Shown here piece after piece: positions 19,603 to 29,448 of a DNA stretch of 64,000 nucleotides. Source of the stretch: Bacteroidales bacterium (GTDB taxonomy: Bacteria > Bacteroidota > Bacteroidia > Bacteroidales > VadinHA17); contig JBAQCK010000111.1 in the NCBI GenBank assembly GCA_049294075.1, positions 2,946-66,945 on the forward strand, in the 5' to 3' direction. The notes under the pieces are model-generated. The model saw only the letters and a program-made list of their open reading frames with translations, was not told the origin of the DNA and did no database searches. A program made the translations under genes and the position numbers. Every line of letters starts with the position of its first letter. The first letter of the stretch is position 1.

Positions 19603-20934
19603 ATGAAACGAATTCTGACAATATTGCTTTCCCTTATAATTATTGGCGCCATAGGATATGGAGTCTTCTATCTGATTTCCCAGGATCCTGAAGTATCCGC
19701 CAATCCATCTGAAAATTCCTCGGTTACGATTGAAGACAATGAAGTAACCGGATGGAGGGAAGACGACCGGTCGGGGATATCCTCAGAAAAAGGATTGCTT
19801 AAATCGTGGCCTGATGGCGGACCCGGACTTATCTGGTCAACCAATGAATTGCCCAAGGGACACTCCTCTCCCACTTTCGGGAACAACACTATTTATATCA
19901 CAGGTCTGGAAGAACCAAATGATGTGCTTGTTGCCCTTGATCCTTCAGGAAAGATCAAATGGAAAACTCCTTACGGAAGATACTGGGAGAAGTCAAATCC
20001 GGAAAGCAGATGTACACCAACGGTGGATGGTGAAAAAGTTTACGTATCCAGCGGATTCGGTGACCTGGCATGCATAAACGGCATTTCCGGTGAAATTATA
20101 TGGTCGCAGAAGGCAAGCGAAGAGAATGGAGGAACATACGGTCCCTGGGGTATAGCCGAATCTCCAATGATTGATGGTGAAAAACTGTATTTTACAACCG
20201 GAGGTCCTCAGACAACAACAATAGCACTCAACAAGAATTCAGGTGAGCTTATCTGGAAATCGGAGAGCGTCAATGATCCTGCTTCTTATCTTTCTCCGAC
20301 TCTGGTAGAGAAAGCAGGGACAAAAATTCTGGTAAACCTAACACCACGATACATTTTTGGCATTGATGTTTCGGATGGAACCATGCTTTGGAAAATAAAC
20401 CACAGGGAGGCTCTGGGCAAATCCGATATCAACGATACCGGCCAGATTTTATGTGTCACTCCGGTATCTTCAGGTAATATGATTTATATGACCGGAGGAT
20501 ATGATCACGGAGGTGTGATGATTGACATGGGCGATGACGGTAAAAACGCTACTTTTGCATGGAAAAACGAGATTCTGGATGTTCACCATGGCGGGGTTGT
20601 CGTTGTTGATGGCTATATTTACGGAGCGAACTGGATAAACAACGGAAACGGCAACTGGTGTTGCATCGACTGGAAAACAGGCAAGCTCATGTGGGAGGAA
20701 CACTGGAACAACAAGGGATCAATTATAGCCGCTGACGGCATGCTTTATATCTATGATGAACGGAAGGGTTCAGTTGGTTTGCTCAGACCCGATCCGTCAA
20801 AGTTTGATCTGGTGAGCAGTTTTAATTTTAAAGGCGGATCAGGCCCATACTGGGCACATCCCGTTATCCACAACGGTGTGCTTTATGTAAGGCATGGTGA
20901 AGCTCTCAATGCATATGATATCAAGGAAAAATAA
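19603..20934 (+). CDS. PQQ-like beta-propeller repeat protein, N-terminal membrane anchor (paralog 2)
   Basis: The track ORF starts at 19561. I prefer the ATG at 19603 (MKRILTILLSLIIIGAIGYGVFYLI is the anchor). GWREDDRSG...LIWS is followed by propeller blades. Confidence 0.75.
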   Translation: MKRILTILLSLIIIGAIGYGVFYLISQDPEVSANPSENSSVTIEDNEVTGWREDDRSGISSEKGLLKSWPDGGPGLIWSTNELPKGHSSPTFGNNTIYITGLEEPNDVLVALDPSGKIKWKTPYGRYWEKSNPESRCTPTVDGEKVYVSSGFGDLACINGISGEIIWSQKASEENGGTYGPWGIAESPMIDGEKLYFTTGGPQTTTIALNKNSGELIWKSESVNDPASYLSPTLVEKAGTKILVNLTPRYIFGIDVSDGTMLWKINHREALGKSDINDTGQILCVTPVSSGNMIYMTGGYDHGGVMIDMGDDGKNATFAWKNEILDVHHGGVVVVDGYIYGANWINNGNGNWCCIDWKTGKLMWEEHWNNKGSIIAADGMLYIYDERKGSVGLLRPDPSKFDLVSSFNFKGGSGPYWAHPVIHNGVLYVRHGEALNAYDIKEK

Positions 20935-22375
20935 CAGGCTTTTAACAGGAGTGTCGGCATTGGTATTTGCCGCGGTACTTGCCTGGTGGCTTGCTGATGA
21001 TCACTATCCGGCCGAAATGAACATGAGGGTCCCGGGTATGGATAACAGACCGAAAATTGAACCGCGGTCGGAGGAAATCATTGTCGGTGAATTCTTCGAC
21101 TCGCTGGGTACGTTTGACGGAATGGTTCCGGGCGAATGGCCAAGGTTCAGGGGTGTCAACTTCGATAATATAGTTAAGGACACCTTTGCAATGGCTGAGT
21201 CATGGGACACTACAGGTCCTCCGGTTATGTGGAAGGTAACTCTCGGCGAGGGCTATGCCGGACCGGCTGTTAAGAACGGAAGGGTCTACGTACTCGATTA
21301 CGACGAAAGAAGAAAAGCGGACGTGCTTCGCTGTTTCTCACTCAAATCTGGTACGGAGCAGTGGCGGAGATGGTATTATGTCGACATGAAGCGTAATCAC
21401 GGCTATTCCCGCACCATACCGGCGGTTACCGATAAATACGTGGTTACAGTAGGACCCAGGTCGCACGTGATGTGCGTCGATCCCGTTTCAGGAGAACTTT
21501 TCTGGACCATCGACATGGAAAAGGAGTTTGGCGTTCCCGGAAGTTCAAAGGGAAAAATCACACCTGATTTCTACTCCGGCCAGTGTCCTCTTATTGATAA
21601 CGATGTTGCAGTGCTTGCTCCCGGCGGAAAAGCCCTGATGATCGGCGTGAATTGTTCTGACGGGGAGATACTGTGGCGCACACCGAACCCCGACTCGCTG
21701 ATGATGTCCCATGGATCTATAATCCCCATGGTGATCCACGGAAGGAAAATGTACGTTTACAATGCTGTTGGAGGCGTTGTAGGCATTGCTGCTGACGGGA
21801 ATGATGTCGGAAGAGTCCTTTGGAAGACAAAGGAATGGAACCCGGCGACAACTGCCGCCTCTCCCCTGTACCTTGGGAATGGCGAAATAGCAGTGTTCGG
21901 AAGCTATGGGGCCGGCGGAGGAAAAATCAGGATTGACTTTGACGGATCAGGATACTCGGTTGCCGTGATAGAAACTCACAAGGCTATGGAAGGTATTTCC
22001 AGCGACCAGCAGACGCCAATTATCACTGGAGATTATGTATGGTCGGTGATGCCTGAGAACGCTGGACCCCTGAAGAAACAGCTTGTTACATACCATAAGT
22101 CCGATCTGAGAACACTCGTATGGAGCAGCGGCAAGGACATGAGATTCGGACGGGGACTCGGACCATTTATAGTAAAGGATGATAAACTGATACTGCTCGA
22201 TGATGATGCAAACCTTTTCATCTTCAGAATCGACGGCTCACAGGCAACCCTGCTTTCACAATTTGACATACTCGACGGAATCGAGGCCTGGGGACCGATG
22301 GCCATAGCAGGAAACTTCCTCATCCTTAGGGATGCAAGAAATATGGTTTGTCTTAATATCGGGAAAGATAGTTAA
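20915..22375 (+). CDS. PQQ-like beta-propeller repeat protein, N-terminal membrane anchor (paralog 3)
   Basis: Track ORF 20894..22375. Possible starts are 20894, 20909 and 20915, and all overlap the upstream gene's end. Anchor LLTGVSALVFAAVLAWWL; EWPRFRGVNFDN...VMWK. Confidence 0.7.
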   Translation: MISRKNNRLLTGVSALVFAAVLAWWLADDHYPAEMNMRVPGMDNRPKIEPRSEEIIVGEFFDSLGTFDGMVPGEWPRFRGVNFDNIVKDTFAMAESWDTTGPPVMWKVTLGEGYAGPAVKNGRVYVLDYDERRKADVLRCFSLKSGTEQWRRWYYVDMKRNHGYSRTIPAVTDKYVVTVGPRSHVMCVDPVSGELFWTIDMEKEFGVPGSSKGKITPDFYSGQCPLIDNDVAVLAPGGKALMIGVNCSDGEILWRTPNPDSLMMSHGSIIPMVIHGRKMYVYNAVGGVVGIAADGNDVGRVLWKTKEWNPATTAASPLYLGNGEIAVFGSYGAGGGKIRIDFDGSGYSVAVIETHKAMEGISSDQQTPIITGDYVWSVMPENAGPLKKQLVTYHKSDLRTLVWSSGKDMRFGRGLGPFIVKDDKLILLDDDANLFIFRIDGSQATLLSQFDILDGIEAWGPMAIAGNFLILRDARNMVCLNIGKDS

Positions 22376-22376
22376 T

Positions 22377-23291
22377 ATGGGAAAGAAACCTGCAGCAATA
22401 TTTTCACTGATCATAATACTTGCCTTCATGGCATACATGATCTATGACGCGACAAGAGGTTCAGGAGGAACTGAGAAGCCGGCAGCAACAACTACCGAGG
22501 AATATGAGGCAGACTGGATTATTGAAAAGATTTACAGCCTGCCGGCAGGATCCCTGACCTCGGTAGCCGTTTCTGAGAACGGAGGGATATTTCTTGGCGG
22601 AGATGCGTTTGTTACCGCCCTGGATCAGAATCTTGACGTACAATGGTCTCTTGAAACTGAAGGAAAGATAACAGCCCTTTCAGTGACGGGTGATACGGTA
22701 TTCGCTGCAACCACAGAGACTATTCTCCTCGTTTCCGCTTTAGGTAAACTGATTACCGAGTGGGGACCTTACGAGGGGAACAGCATTATAACATCAGTGT
22801 CTTCCGGCCCGGAGCTTGTTGCAATTGCTGATGCCGGAAACAAGAGGGTATTTGTTCTCGACAAGGCAGGCGAAGTTCTCAGAATGATGGGTCAGGGAGA
22901 TGAGAAATTTGTCATTCCGAGCGGTTACTTTGATGCTGCCGTGTCGGGCAATCTGGTTTTTGCTGCCAATACAGGCAATAGGAGAATTGAGACCTGGACA
23001 ACTGACGGCAGGAAGACAACTGAATTCGGAGAACCGGGAACAGCCCCCGGTGCGTTCTGCGGATGCTGCAACCCGGCACATTTTGCAGTGATCCCCCAGG
23101 GATTCGTCACTGCTGAAAAGGGAATCAACAGAATCAAAATACTTGACCGTGACGGTAAATTTGTTGAATTCGTTTCAGTGAACAATGAATTCAATCAGTC
23201 GGTCCCGCTTGATGTGGCTTCGGCCGACGGAGTCACTATATATGCTGCAAACAGCTTTGATAATAAACTTTATGTGTTCAAAAGAAAATGA
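22377..23291 (+). CDS. NHL-repeat six-bladed beta-propeller protein, N-terminal membrane anchor
   Basis: ATG at 22377 (MGKKPAAIFSLIIILAFMAYMIY) lies 1 nt after the upstream stop. NHL-like blades: NKRVFVLDKAGEV, NRRIETWTTDGRK, NRIKILDRDGKFV, NKLYVFKRK. Unusual GAFCGCCNPAHFAV motif. Confidence 0.6.
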   Translation: MGKKPAAIFSLIIILAFMAYMIYDATRGSGGTEKPAATTTEEYEADWIIEKIYSLPAGSLTSVAVSENGGIFLGGDAFVTALDQNLDVQWSLETEGKITALSVTGDTVFAATTETILLVSALGKLITEWGPYEGNSIITSVSSGPELVAIADAGNKRVFVLDKAGEVLRMMGQGDEKFVIPSGYFDAAVSGNLVFAANTGNRRIETWTTDGRKTTEFGEPGTAPGAFCGCCNPAHFAVIPQGFVTAEKGINRIKILDRDGKFVEFVSVNNEFNQSVPLDVASADGVTIYAANSFDNKLYVFKRK

Positions 23292-23467
23292 ATAAGTTAA
23301 CCAGACCGGAGTTTTTAAGGAAGCTTGCAAGAAGTCTCTTGCTTGCCTTTCTTGCTTTTCTTGCACTTGCTCTCGGATCACGGACTGTAAGCGGAAAGGA
23401 TTGTTCAACCTGTCCGGGAAAAGGACTCTGTGCCGGAGACAACGACTGCAGTAAATACTCAAAATGA
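23288..23467 (+). CDS. Untracked 59-aa ORF: Tat-like/anchor N-terminus + four-Cys tail
   Basis: My own translation: MNKLTRPEFLRKLARSLLLAFLAFLALALGSRTVSGKDCSTCPGKGLCAGDNDCSKYSK. ATGA overlaps occur at both ends (23288-23291 and 23464-23467). It falls below the 60-aa cut-off of the track. Confidence 0.4.
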   Translation: MNKLTRPEFLRKLARSLLLAFLAFLALALGSRTVSGKDCSTCPGKGLCAGDNDCSKYSK

Positions 23468-24030
23468 TGAATAAAGACAGGAACTTATACCAATCACGAA
23501 GGGATTTTGTCCGGAAAGCCGGCAAATTTCTTGTTGCTGTCCCGGTAATCGGTTTGCCTGTCGTTCTGTCGACCAGGATTACTACCGCGGGAACGGTCTG
23601 GCAGATCGATCCTTACAAATGCAACCAGTGCGGACAGTGCAAGACTCACTGTGTCCTCACTCCTTCGGCCGTCAAATGCATACATAATTTTCAGATGTGC
23701 GGCTATTGCGACCTCTGCGGAGGCTACCTGCGGCAGGGGACAAAAACTATCAACACCGGAGCTGAGAACCAGCTCTGCCCAACTGCTGCAATAACCAGAA
23801 CATTTGTGGAGGAACCTTATTTCCAATACACAATTGATGAAGTTCTTTGCGACGGATGCGGAAAATGTGTAAAAGGATGCAAGGATTTTGGGAATGGTTC
23901 CCTTTACCTGCAGATCGATCAGGATCTGTGCGTGAATTGCAACGAATGTGCTATAGCAAGGAGTTGTCCGTCGGATGCGATTTCCAGGATTTCAGACAAA
24001 GTGCAGTATATTCCAAAAGAAAAGATTTAA
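23464..24030 (+). CDS. Tat-exported multi-cluster ferredoxin (NapG-like)
   Basis: 188 aa. Twin-arginine motif QSRRDFVRKAG plus a hydrophobic stretch. Four Cys groups: CNQCGQCKTHC, CGYCDLCGG...CP, CDGCGKCVKGC, CVNCNECAIARSCP. Confidence 0.75.
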   Translation: MMNKDRNLYQSRRDFVRKAGKFLVAVPVIGLPVVLSTRITTAGTVWQIDPYKCNQCGQCKTHCVLTPSAVKCIHNFQMCGYCDLCGGYLRQGTKTINTGAENQLCPTAAITRTFVEEPYFQYTIDEVLCDGCGKCVKGCKDFGNGSLYLQIDQDLCVNCNECAIARSCPSDAISRISDKVQYIPKEKI

Positions 24031-24036
24031 CTGAAG

Positions 24037-25320
24037 GTGAAAAAGAAATTGCCATATATCCTGTTATTCCTTATGCTTGCATGGCATGCGGTGCTTTTTG
24101 CACAGGAAAGATTTCCAAGGCCGGAGTTTGAATCCGGATATGTTTATCCCGTGCATCAGATGCCCGCTGACAGGGCTCCCATATGGGAATATATCGATCT
24201 CGCAGTGCTTATCGGGGCTCTTTCTGTGGCAGCGTGGCTGGCGCTCAAAAAACGCTCGCGTAATGGACTTTTATGGCTATCAGTATTTTCCCTGGCCTAT
24301 TTCGGATTTTTCAGGGAAGGATGTATATGCTCAGTCGGCTCGGTTCAGAATGTTGCCCTTGCACTTTTCAACGACGGATATTCGATTCCCCTGACTGCTC
24401 TCCTGTTCTTCATGATACCTCTGATCTTTGCACTTTTATTCGGCAGGGTATTCTGTGCGGGGGTCTGCCCTCTTGGCGCCATTCAGGAGCTTGTTGGTTT
24501 CAGAACCGTCAAACTTCCCAGGGTTGTTGAGTCGGTAATGATATCAGTGCCTTTCATTTATCTGGGAATTTCAGTTCTTTCGGCTGCAACTGAAAGCCAG
24601 TTCCTGATATGCCGTTACGATCCCTTTGTAGGCATCTTCAGGCTCGATGCACCGTATACAATGGTGATATTCGGAGGATTGCTGCTTGTCGCGGGGATTT
24701 TCATCAACAGGCCTTATTGCAGGTATTTATGTCCCTATGGTGTTCTACTGAATATATTCTCAAGGTTTTCAAACAAGCATCTTACAATTACACCGGCAGA
24801 ATGCATTAATTGCAGACTGTGCGAGGATGTTTGTCCGTACGATGCCATTCTTCCCTCCGACATAGCCCGTCCCGCGGCGGACCCGGATAAGGAGAGAAAG
24901 CGATTTCTTACATATATATTGCTTGTGCCGTTTTTCGCAGCAGCGGGTGCGATAATTTTCGGAACCCTTTCCCCTGTTTTCACCGGTCTGAACAGTGATG
25001 TCAGGCTGGCCAGGGAAATCAGAGCTGAAGCAGAGAGTGGAATCCCGGCTGTTTCGCTGGCTGCCCAGGGTTTTAAGGAAGCAGGCACAACAGAAGCCGA
25101 ACTGTTTGAAAAGGAAATTAAAATCCATGAGCGGTTCCGGAAGGGCTCCATATGGATGGGATTATTTCTCGGAATATCGTTCGGTCTCAGCCTTGTTTCG
25201 CTGTCAACACGAACCAGAAGAACAGAGTATGTTCCACATAAGGGCAAATGCTACAGTTGTGGAAAATGCTTTCAGTATTGCCCTGTACATTTAAATAAGA
25301 TCAAGAATGATAAAGCTTGA
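24037..25320 (+). CDS. Integral-membrane polyferredoxin (NapH/MauN/NosH-like)
   Basis: 427 aa with multiple TM helices. Paired CxxxCP motifs FCAGVCPLGAIQE and YCRYLCPYGVLL. Ferredoxin motifs CINCRLCEDVCPYDAI and the C-terminal CYSCGKCFQYCP. Confidence 0.75.
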   Translation: MKKKLPYILLFLMLAWHAVLFAQERFPRPEFESGYVYPVHQMPADRAPIWEYIDLAVLIGALSVAAWLALKKRSRNGLLWLSVFSLAYFGFFREGCICSVGSVQNVALALFNDGYSIPLTALLFFMIPLIFALLFGRVFCAGVCPLGAIQELVGFRTVKLPRVVESVMISVPFIYLGISVLSAATESQFLICRYDPFVGIFRLDAPYTMVIFGGLLLVAGIFINRPYCRYLCPYGVLLNIFSRFSNKHLTITPAECINCRLCEDVCPYDAILPSDIARPAADPDKERKRFLTYILLVPFFAAAGAIIFGTLSPVFTGLNSDVRLAREIRAEAESGIPAVSLAAQGFKEAGTTEAELFEKEIKIHERFRKGSIWMGLFLGISFGLSLVSLSTRTRRTEYVPHKGKCYSCGKCFQYCPVHLNKIKNDKA

Positions 25321-27031
25321 AGAAAAGGATCTGAAGATTCTCAGAGGGATAAGCACCGCTGCAGGAATTTTTACCCTCATCGTGGCGCTGACGATGCTTT
25401 TGAGCATTGTCCAGCTGAAGGCTCTCGATCCTCTTGACAATCCCGCAATTGTATCGGTGAAGGAAGAATTTGACAAGGATCATGAAAATGCGGTTAAGGC
25501 GGAACAGGTAAGGGCGCTCGATCTGATGGCCAGGAAGGCCTATTTCTCATCGCGCCGGCAGGTTGAAACGGGTTCCTGGCTGCTGATTGCAGGAGCAGTT
25601 ATATTTGTTCTGTGTCAAAGGCTCATAGCAGGGAGTGAGAAAAATATTCCTTCGGTTCCGGGAGAAAAAACCGATCAGGTCTCGGATAAGGCCCGTTATG
25701 CAAAATACCTTACAGGTACTGTGGCAGTCCTGACTGTGGCTGCAATAATCTCTTCATTCATTCTAAGAAAAGATCTGCCTGACCTGTCAGGAAAACGGAC
25801 TGCAAAGGCAGAAAAGAGCGAGAAGAGGAAAAAGGACAAAGACGCTGCATCAGCTTCAGAGACGGCTGCAGCTTTTTCCCCAGATCCTGTCAACTTTCCC
25901 CATTTCCGCGGTCAGGACGGAAGGGGAATTGCCGGCGGCACTGGTTATCCGGTTGAATGGAATGCCGAAAACGGAACAAATATTAAATGGAAGGCGAGTG
26001 TGCCAAAAAGTGGAAAGAGCTCCCCTGTAATATGGGGCGACAGACTCTTTGTTACCGGCGCTGAAGGCAATGATTGTGAGGTATACTGTCTTGACAAGAA
26101 CACCGGCGATTTGTTATGGACTGCTGCTGCGTCAGGACTTCCCGGTCAGCCCGCCACTTCCCCCGAAACCGACCAAGAAACAGGCATAGCTGCTCCCACA
26201 GCCGCTACCGACGGCAATTCCGTTTGCGCGATCTTTGCAAACGGAAACCTTGTCTGCCTCGATTTTGACGGTAAGCTTAAATGGGGCAAGAATATCGGAA
26301 CTCCGGCTAACGTTTACGGGTATTCATGCTCTGTAATACTTCACGATGGCCTTCTCATAGTCCAGTTCGATTCGGATGAGAAAGTATCGATGATGGGATT
26401 CGACACAGCTACAGGAGATCTTAAATGGGAAACTATCAGGAGAGGCAGATCAACATGGGCTTCGCCTTCGGTGGCGACCTTCAACGGAATAACTCAGATA
26501 CTTATAAACGGCAACCCGGAAGTGGTGGCATTCGATCCGGCCACTGGCAAGGAGCTTTGGGCAATCGAAGTCCTTTCCGGTGATGTAGCCCCTTCGCTTG
26601 CGATAAACAGCACATTTATTTACGCAGTCACTGATTATGCACGACTGGCAGCAGTGAAACCCGGGCCTGGCCCTTCGATAGCCTGGGAAGACAACATGTT
26701 TACATCGGACGTTTCAAGCCCGGTTGCCAGCGAGCAGTATCTTTTTATATCTACCGGTGTAGGCGATGTGGCTTGCTATGATGCTATCAGGGGAGACACT
26801 CTGTGGACTCATTACTTCATGGATCAGTTCTATGCTTCACCGATCATTGCCGATGAGAAGGTATTCCTTCTCGATCGCAGCGGTTTGATGCATATTGTTG
26901 ATGCCGGACCTGAATACAATCTGATTGCCGAATCCCCGATCGGCGAACCTTCAGACTGCACACCGGCATTTTCCGACAAGAATATTTATATCCGTGGTAG
27001 AAACAATATTTTTTGCATTTCACAAAATTGA
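25307..27031 (+). CDS. PQQ-like beta-propeller repeat protein with two N-terminal TM segments and a Lys/Ala-rich linker (paralog 4)
   Basis: 574 aa. TM segments AAGIFTLIVALTMLLSIV and WLLIAGAVIFVL plus VAVLTVAAIISSFIL. Linker KAEKSEKRKKDKDAASASE. NFPHFRGQDGRG...IKWK, then blades. Confidence 0.7.
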   Translation: MIKLEEKDLKILRGISTAAGIFTLIVALTMLLSIVQLKALDPLDNPAIVSVKEEFDKDHENAVKAEQVRALDLMARKAYFSSRRQVETGSWLLIAGAVIFVLCQRLIAGSEKNIPSVPGEKTDQVSDKARYAKYLTGTVAVLTVAAIISSFILRKDLPDLSGKRTAKAEKSEKRKKDKDAASASETAAAFSPDPVNFPHFRGQDGRGIAGGTGYPVEWNAENGTNIKWKASVPKSGKSSPVIWGDRLFVTGAEGNDCEVYCLDKNTGDLLWTAAASGLPGQPATSPETDQETGIAAPTAATDGNSVCAIFANGNLVCLDFDGKLKWGKNIGTPANVYGYSCSVILHDGLLIVQFDSDEKVSMMGFDTATGDLKWETIRRGRSTWASPSVATFNGITQILINGNPEVVAFDPATGKELWAIEVLSGDVAPSLAINSTFIYAVTDYARLAAVKPGPGPSIAWEDNMFTSDVSSPVASEQYLFISTGVGDVACYDAIRGDTLWTHYFMDQFYASPIIADEKVFLLDRSGLMHIVDAGPEYNLIAESPIGEPSDCTPAFSDKNIYIRGRNNIFCISQN

Positions 27032-29448
27032 AAGAGGAAACTAAACATACCAGAACCTGCAACTGCAACTCCGGTGCACTTTCTGTTGAAGAAATTACCT
27101 CGGTGGTTGATGCCGTTGTAAGCGAAACAGGTACCGGAAAGGAAAAAGTGATACTGGTGCTCCAGGAAGTCCAGAAAAGACTTAATTATCTTCCTTCTGA
27201 AGCTCTTAAGCACATCTGCAGGGTGACTGAAATCACGCCCGGACAGATTTCAGGAGTTTCAACATTCTATTCCCAGTTCAGACACATACCGTCAGGGAAA
27301 CACACGATAAAAATCTGCTCCGGGACCGCGTGCCACGTAAAAGGATCGGAGCTGATTTCAGAAGCATTCAAAAGAGATCTCAAGATCACGGAAGAGAGGA
27401 ACAGCTCCCCTGACAATCTCTTTTCGATTGAGGAAGTTGCCTGCCTGGGTTGCTGCACGCTTGCGCCTGTTGTCCAGATAGATGAAAAGACTTACGGGCA
27501 TGTGAAACCTACTGAAGTGATTGAGATTGTCACGGATTTTCTCCACACCGTCGGAAAGCAGAGTGCTCAGAAAAAGGATTCAGTAAAAGAGGAATATGAT
27601 GCCGAAGTCAGGATTGGACTGGGATCTTGTTGTGTTGCTGGCGGAAGCAGGGACGTGCTGGGCAAGCTGCTCGACATAAGAGAATACTATGATCTTAACA
27701 TTAAGGTCAAACCTGTGGGTTGTGTTGGCGTTTGCAACCAGACTCCACTGCTCGAAATTGTATCCGACGGTAAAGGAAGTTCCCGGTACACAAATGTGAA
27801 AAAAGACCAGGTCGAGGAAATTATTCTGAAACATGTCAAGCCAAGGTCATTTGACAAGAAACTGAGATTCAGAATCAATAATTTTGCTGATTCCTTCCTT
27901 TCAGACGATATGGTTTACAGTCCGGTAAATATCCCGGCTGATACCAGGGAAAATACCCTTGATAATTTCCTTAGTACACAGTACCATATTGCCACCATTA
28001 ACGGTGGTGTTATGAGACCTGATTCATACGACGAATATGAGCTTCTCGAAGGATTCAGGGCCATTAAGGCAGTGTTGATGGCCAATAATCCACAGGAGGT
28101 GATTCAGGTTATTACCGAAAGCGGATTAAGAGGCCGGGGAGGAGCAGGATTTCTGACCGGAAAGAAATGGGAAATATCGTCAGGAATGAAGGAGAAGCCC
28201 AAATATGTTGTCTGCAACGGTGACGAAGGTGACCCGGGAGCTTTTATGGACAGGATGATCCTTGAGTCTTTTTCCTTCAGGATTATTGAAGGAATGCTCA
28301 TTGCCGGATTTGCAACCGGAGCCGACCATGGAATCTTCTATATAAGGGCGGAATATCCTCTGGCTGTTTCAAGAGTGAGGAATGCACTGAAAATATGCAA
28401 GGAAAAAGGAATAGTCGGAAAGAACATACTTGGGTCGGATTTTTCATTTGATATAGAGGTGTTTGAAGGTGCAGGGGCTTTTGTGTGCGGTGAGGAAACC
28501 GCACTTATAGCGTCTCTTGAGGGAAAGAGGGGAACTCCCCATCTGAGACCTCCCTATCCTGCAGTGAAGGGCTACAATGGCCGTCCAACGCTTGTCAACA
28601 ATGTGGAGACGCTTTCACTTGTGCCCTGGATAATCAATAACGGCTCCGGTAAATTCAGCGATATCGGAACAGAAAAAAGCAAGGGAACCAAAGTGTTTGC
28701 ACTCGCCGGCAAAGTTGCCAGGGGCGGACTCATTGAGGTTCCGATGGGTACAACAATCCGGGATATTGTAGAAAAGATCGGACACGGAGTTTTGGAGGGA
28801 AGGACTTTCAAGGCTGTTCAGATCGGAGGACCTTCAGGCGGATGCATCCCGGAAAGTCTTGCCGACACTCCTGTCGATTATGAGGAACTTACGCGACTTG
28901 GGGCCATGATGGGTTCAGGCGGAATGGTTGTTCTGGACGATACCGACTGCATGGTAGACATGGCAAGATACTTCCTTGAATTCACCCATAAGCAGTCGTG
29001 CGGGAAATGCACTTACTGCCGTGTGGGAACAAAGCAGATGCTTGAGATACTTACAAGGCTTACTCAGGGCAAAGCCACTATTGCAGAACTGGATGAACTG
29101 GAAAAACTATGCCATGATGTCAGTAAGGGAAGCCTTTGCGGACTCGGGAAAACAGCTCCGAACCCCGTAATAACCGGACTGAGATACTTCAGGGAAGAAT
29201 ATGAAGCCCACACCCGGGGAATATGCCCCTCAAAGAGATGCAGGGATCTTGTTAAATATGAAATTACCGACAAGTGCACGGGATGCACGAAATGTGCACA
29301 GGACTGTCCGGTTGACGCTATTCCCTTCAAACCATACGAAAAACACCAGATTGATCAACTGCTCTGTACCAAATGCGACAACTGCAGGATTGTTTGTCCG
29401 GAAAACGCCATTGAACTAGTTTATGTAAAAGATGAAGATCATAATTGA
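27013..29448 (+). CDS. Fused NuoE-like [2Fe-2S] + thioredoxin-like FeS + NuoF-like (FMN/NADH, 4Fe-4S) + 2x[4Fe-4S] ferredoxin protein
   Basis: 811 aa. CSGTACHVKG...CLGCCTLAPV (NuoE type). LGSCCVAGG...VGCVGVCNQTP (second thioredoxin-like domain). GRGGAGFLTGKKWE, CNGDEGDPGAF and GAGAFVCGEETALI (NuoF type). SCGKCTYCRVG...CGLG. C-terminal CTGCTKCAQDCP and CTKCDNCRIVCP. The start is uncertain: TTG at 27013, or TTG at 27028 overlapping the upstream TGA. Confidence 0.85.
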   Translation: MHFTKLKEETKHTRTCNCNSGALSVEEITSVVDAVVSETGTGKEKVILVLQEVQKRLNYLPSEALKHICRVTEITPGQISGVSTFYSQFRHIPSGKHTIKICSGTACHVKGSELISEAFKRDLKITEERNSSPDNLFSIEEVACLGCCTLAPVVQIDEKTYGHVKPTEVIEIVTDFLHTVGKQSAQKKDSVKEEYDAEVRIGLGSCCVAGGSRDVLGKLLDIREYYDLNIKVKPVGCVGVCNQTPLLEIVSDGKGSSRYTNVKKDQVEEIILKHVKPRSFDKKLRFRINNFADSFLSDDMVYSPVNIPADTRENTLDNFLSTQYHIATINGGVMRPDSYDEYELLEGFRAIKAVLMANNPQEVIQVITESGLRGRGGAGFLTGKKWEISSGMKEKPKYVVCNGDEGDPGAFMDRMILESFSFRIIEGMLIAGFATGADHGIFYIRAEYPLAVSRVRNALKICKEKGIVGKNILGSDFSFDIEVFEGAGAFVCGEETALIASLEGKRGTPHLRPPYPAVKGYNGRPTLVNNVETLSLVPWIINNGSGKFSDIGTEKSKGTKVFALAGKVARGGLIEVPMGTTIRDIVEKIGHGVLEGRTFKAVQIGGPSGGCIPESLADTPVDYEELTRLGAMMGSGGMVVLDDTDCMVDMARYFLEFTHKQSCGKCTYCRVGTKQMLEILTRLTQGKATIAELDELEKLCHDVSKGSLCGLGKTAPNPVITGLRYFREEYEAHTRGICPSKRCRDLVKYEITDKCTGCTKCAQDCPVDAIPFKPYEKHQIDQLLCTKCDNCRIVCPENAIELVYVKDEDHN

